From positions 1 through 36,730 of the forward strand of contig CAZFXH010000340.1 in the NCBI GenBank assembly GCA_964522905.1: a stretch of 36,730 bases of DNA. Direction: 5' to 3'. Below are positions 35,479 to 36,730 of the stretch, piece by piece. A program made the position numbers and the translations under genes. The DNA is from an uncultured Anaerolineaceae bacterium. Lineage in GTDB: Bacteria > Chloroflexota > Limnocylindria > Limnocylindrales > CSP1-4. Below the pieces are notes generated by a model. It searched no databases. It worked only from the letters and a program-made list of their open reading frames with translations, and was not told the origin of the DNA. Each line of letters starts with the position of its first letter. Positions within the stretch are counted from its first letter, which is position 1.

Positions 35479-35928
35479 TCAGGCCGGCACGACCACCACG
35501 GGACAGTTCGCCTCGCCGGCGACATGAGAGGACACGCTCCCCAGGAGCAACCGCCCTAGGTCCGTGCGCCTACGCGACCCGAGCACGACCACGTCGGCCC
35601 GCTCCGACCAGGTGGCATCGAGGATCGCCGCAGCCGGATCGCCGTACCAGATGACCGATGTCGCGGTGACCCCTCTGACGGCGGCGCGAGCGACGATCTC
35701 ACGGGCGGCGCGGTCGCGCCGCTGCCGCTGGCTGTCACGGGGATCGTGCCGCAATCGTGGCAGATCACGGGGCGGAACGACGCTCAGGATCAACAGGACG
35801 GCCCCCTGATCGGCGGCCAGGTCGATCGCCTCGTCCGCGGCGCGGACCGACGATGCCCCAAGGTCCAGCGCCAACAGCACGTGACGGACCGGCCGACCGA
35901 ACGGGGAAGGGATCTGAAAGGTGTCCAT
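35479..35928 (-). CDS. Universal stress protein (UspA family)
   Basis: Sequence VRHVLLALDLGASSVRAADEAIDLAADQGAVLLILSVV ... ADVVVLGSRRRTDLGRLLLGSVSSHVAGEANCPVVVV. ATG at 35928, with the ORF extending to 35961. It ends 50 nt before the phosphoketolase start. Confidence 0.85.
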   Translation of the reverse strand: MDTFQIPSPFGRPVRHVLLALDLGASSVRAADEAIDLAADQGAVLLILSVVPPRDLPRLRHDPRDSQRQRRDRAAREIVARAAVRGVTATSVIWYGDPAAAILDATWSERADVVVLGSRRRTDLGRLLLGSVSSHVAGEANCPVVVVPA

Positions 35929-36032
35929 GCCGGCATGGTCGTCCGCGATCGTTCGTCGCACACCGGCCGCCCGGCCTGTCCTGGGAGGCCGTCCGGCCCG
36001 TGCCGCATGGGCCTGATGCTACGCTCGGTTCG

Positions 36033-36730
36033 ATGAGCGATCTACGGACGAGCGACGTCGACGCCGTGCAGGAGGCCACGAACCTCTTCGGTGCGGTCGA
36101 CGCCGCGACGCGAGCCGTGGCGAGTGTCCTGTCCGTCGACGAGGTGCTCCAGGTCATCGTCGACCAGGTGCGGCCGCTGGTCGGCGCGCAATACGCTGCG
36201 CTCGGTATCGTGGACGGCCGCGGCGTCATCGAGCGGTTCATCACGAGCGGCCTGTCCGATGAGGTTCGGGCCAGGATCGGCCCACCGCCTCGCGGTCACG
36301 GGATCCTCGGGCTGATCATCCGGGAGAACGGGGCATTCCGGATCCCGGACATCACCAATGATCCGAGGCGCTACGGCTTCCCGCCGCACCACCCGGAGAT
36401 GACGAGCTTCCTCGGCGTGCCCGTGAGCGTGAAGGGCCGCTCGGTGGGCAATCTCTATCTGACGAACAAGCAGGACGCCGCGGAGTTCACGGCGAACGAC
36501 CAGGAACTCGTCGAGACGTTCGCCCGCCATGCGGCGATCGCGATCGAGAATGCCCGGCTGTACGAGCAGGTCCATCGCCTGGCCATCGTCGATGAGCGTG
36601 AGCGCATCGGCCAGGACCTCCATGACGGGATCATCCAGAGCATCTATGCCGTGGGACTGTCGCTGGAGGACGTGCCCGAACTCATTGCCGAGGATCCCGA
36701 CGAGGTCGTGCAGCGCGTCGAGCGCGCCAT
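36033..36730 (+). CDS. GAF-domain sensor histidine kinase (HisKA_3 type), 3'-truncated by the window edge
   Basis: This gene is not in the supplied ORF track because it has no stop inside the window. I translated it by hand from the ATG at 36033: MSDLRTSDVDAVQEATNLFGAV...VLSVDEVLQVIVDQVRPLVGAQYAALGIVDGRGVIERFITSG...GHGILGLIIRENGAFRIPDITNDPRRYGFPPHHPEMTSFLGVPVSVKGRSVGNLYLTNK...FARHAAIAIENARLYEQV...DERERIGQDLHDGIIQSIYAVGLSLE. This reads as a GAF domain followed by an H-box of the NarL-partner (HisKA_3) type. The listed antisense ORF 36042..36623 is an artefact. Confidence 0.85.
   Translation, partial: MSDLRTSDVDAVQEATNLFGAVDAATRAVASVLSVDEVLQVIVDQVRPLVGAQYAALGIVDGRGVIERFITSGLSDEVRARIGPPPRGHGILGLIIRENGAFRIPDITNDPRRYGFPPHHPEMTSFLGVPVSVKGRSVGNLYLTNKQDAAEFTANDQELVETFARHAAIAIENARLYEQVHRLAIVDERERIGQDLHDGIIQSIYAVGLSLEDVPELIAEDPDEVVQRVERA

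Noticed and set aside
35929-36032. A search for a DosR-box-like palindrome (GGGAC..GTCCC) in the usp / GAF-kinase divergent promoter region.
   Set aside because: Only isolated GTCC repeats occur (TGTCCTGGGAGGCCGTCC), with no dyad symmetry.

Overview
This is a very GC-rich, densely coding bacterial chromosomal segment; third codon positions are almost always G/C. I recognised no rRNA, tRNA, CRISPR array, transposase or integrase. All calls rest on reading the ORF translations and the DNA by eye, with no database searches.

The backbone is a pyrimidine-biosynthesis operon split into two minus-strand halves. One half is pyrR-pyrB-pyrC (16524->13467). The other is pyrK-pyrD-pyrE (3665->939), encoding a class 1B dihydroorotate dehydrogenase with an electron-transfer subunit. 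carA, carB and pyrF are not in the window.

About 10 kb lies between the two halves. It carries:
- a YbaK-like deacylase and small membrane and alpha/beta proteins
- a highly acidic two-module protein with a (DVE)7 tail, translationally coupled to pyrK
- a convergent PLP-decarboxylase / FAD-oxidoreductase pair
- a ParA-like ATPase coupled to a catalytically dead GGDEF protein
- an ECF sigma factor with a membrane-anchored partner

Upstream of pyrR lie a second ECF sigma, a zinc-binding (ZAS) anti-sigma factor with a beta-propeller, an RlpA-like protein, a GalT-family protein and lipB.

The right half of the window holds:
- an unusually long (~730 nt), structured, gene-poor region
- a 1119-aa CheB-CheR-PAS-coiled-coil-PAS-histidine-kinase fusion with a NarL-type response regulator
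- a CoA-transferase
- a block of membrane proteins (bitopic protein, DoxX-like, PspC-domain, polytopic)
- a universal-stress-protein / phosphoketolase / acetate-kinase unit
- a divergent, 3'-truncated GAF/HisKA_3 sensor kinase that is absent from the supplied ORF track

The most interesting candidates are:
- the ParA plus I-site-retaining degenerate GGDEF pair
- the acidic tandem-module protein embedded in the pyr operon
- tandem PyrR-box-like hairpins abutting the pyrR ribosome-binding site
- an ECF sigma whose conserved N-terminus lies upstream of any canonical start codon, with a GGAGG-N6-ATC arrangement
- the structured non-coding region upstream of the CheB/CheR kinase
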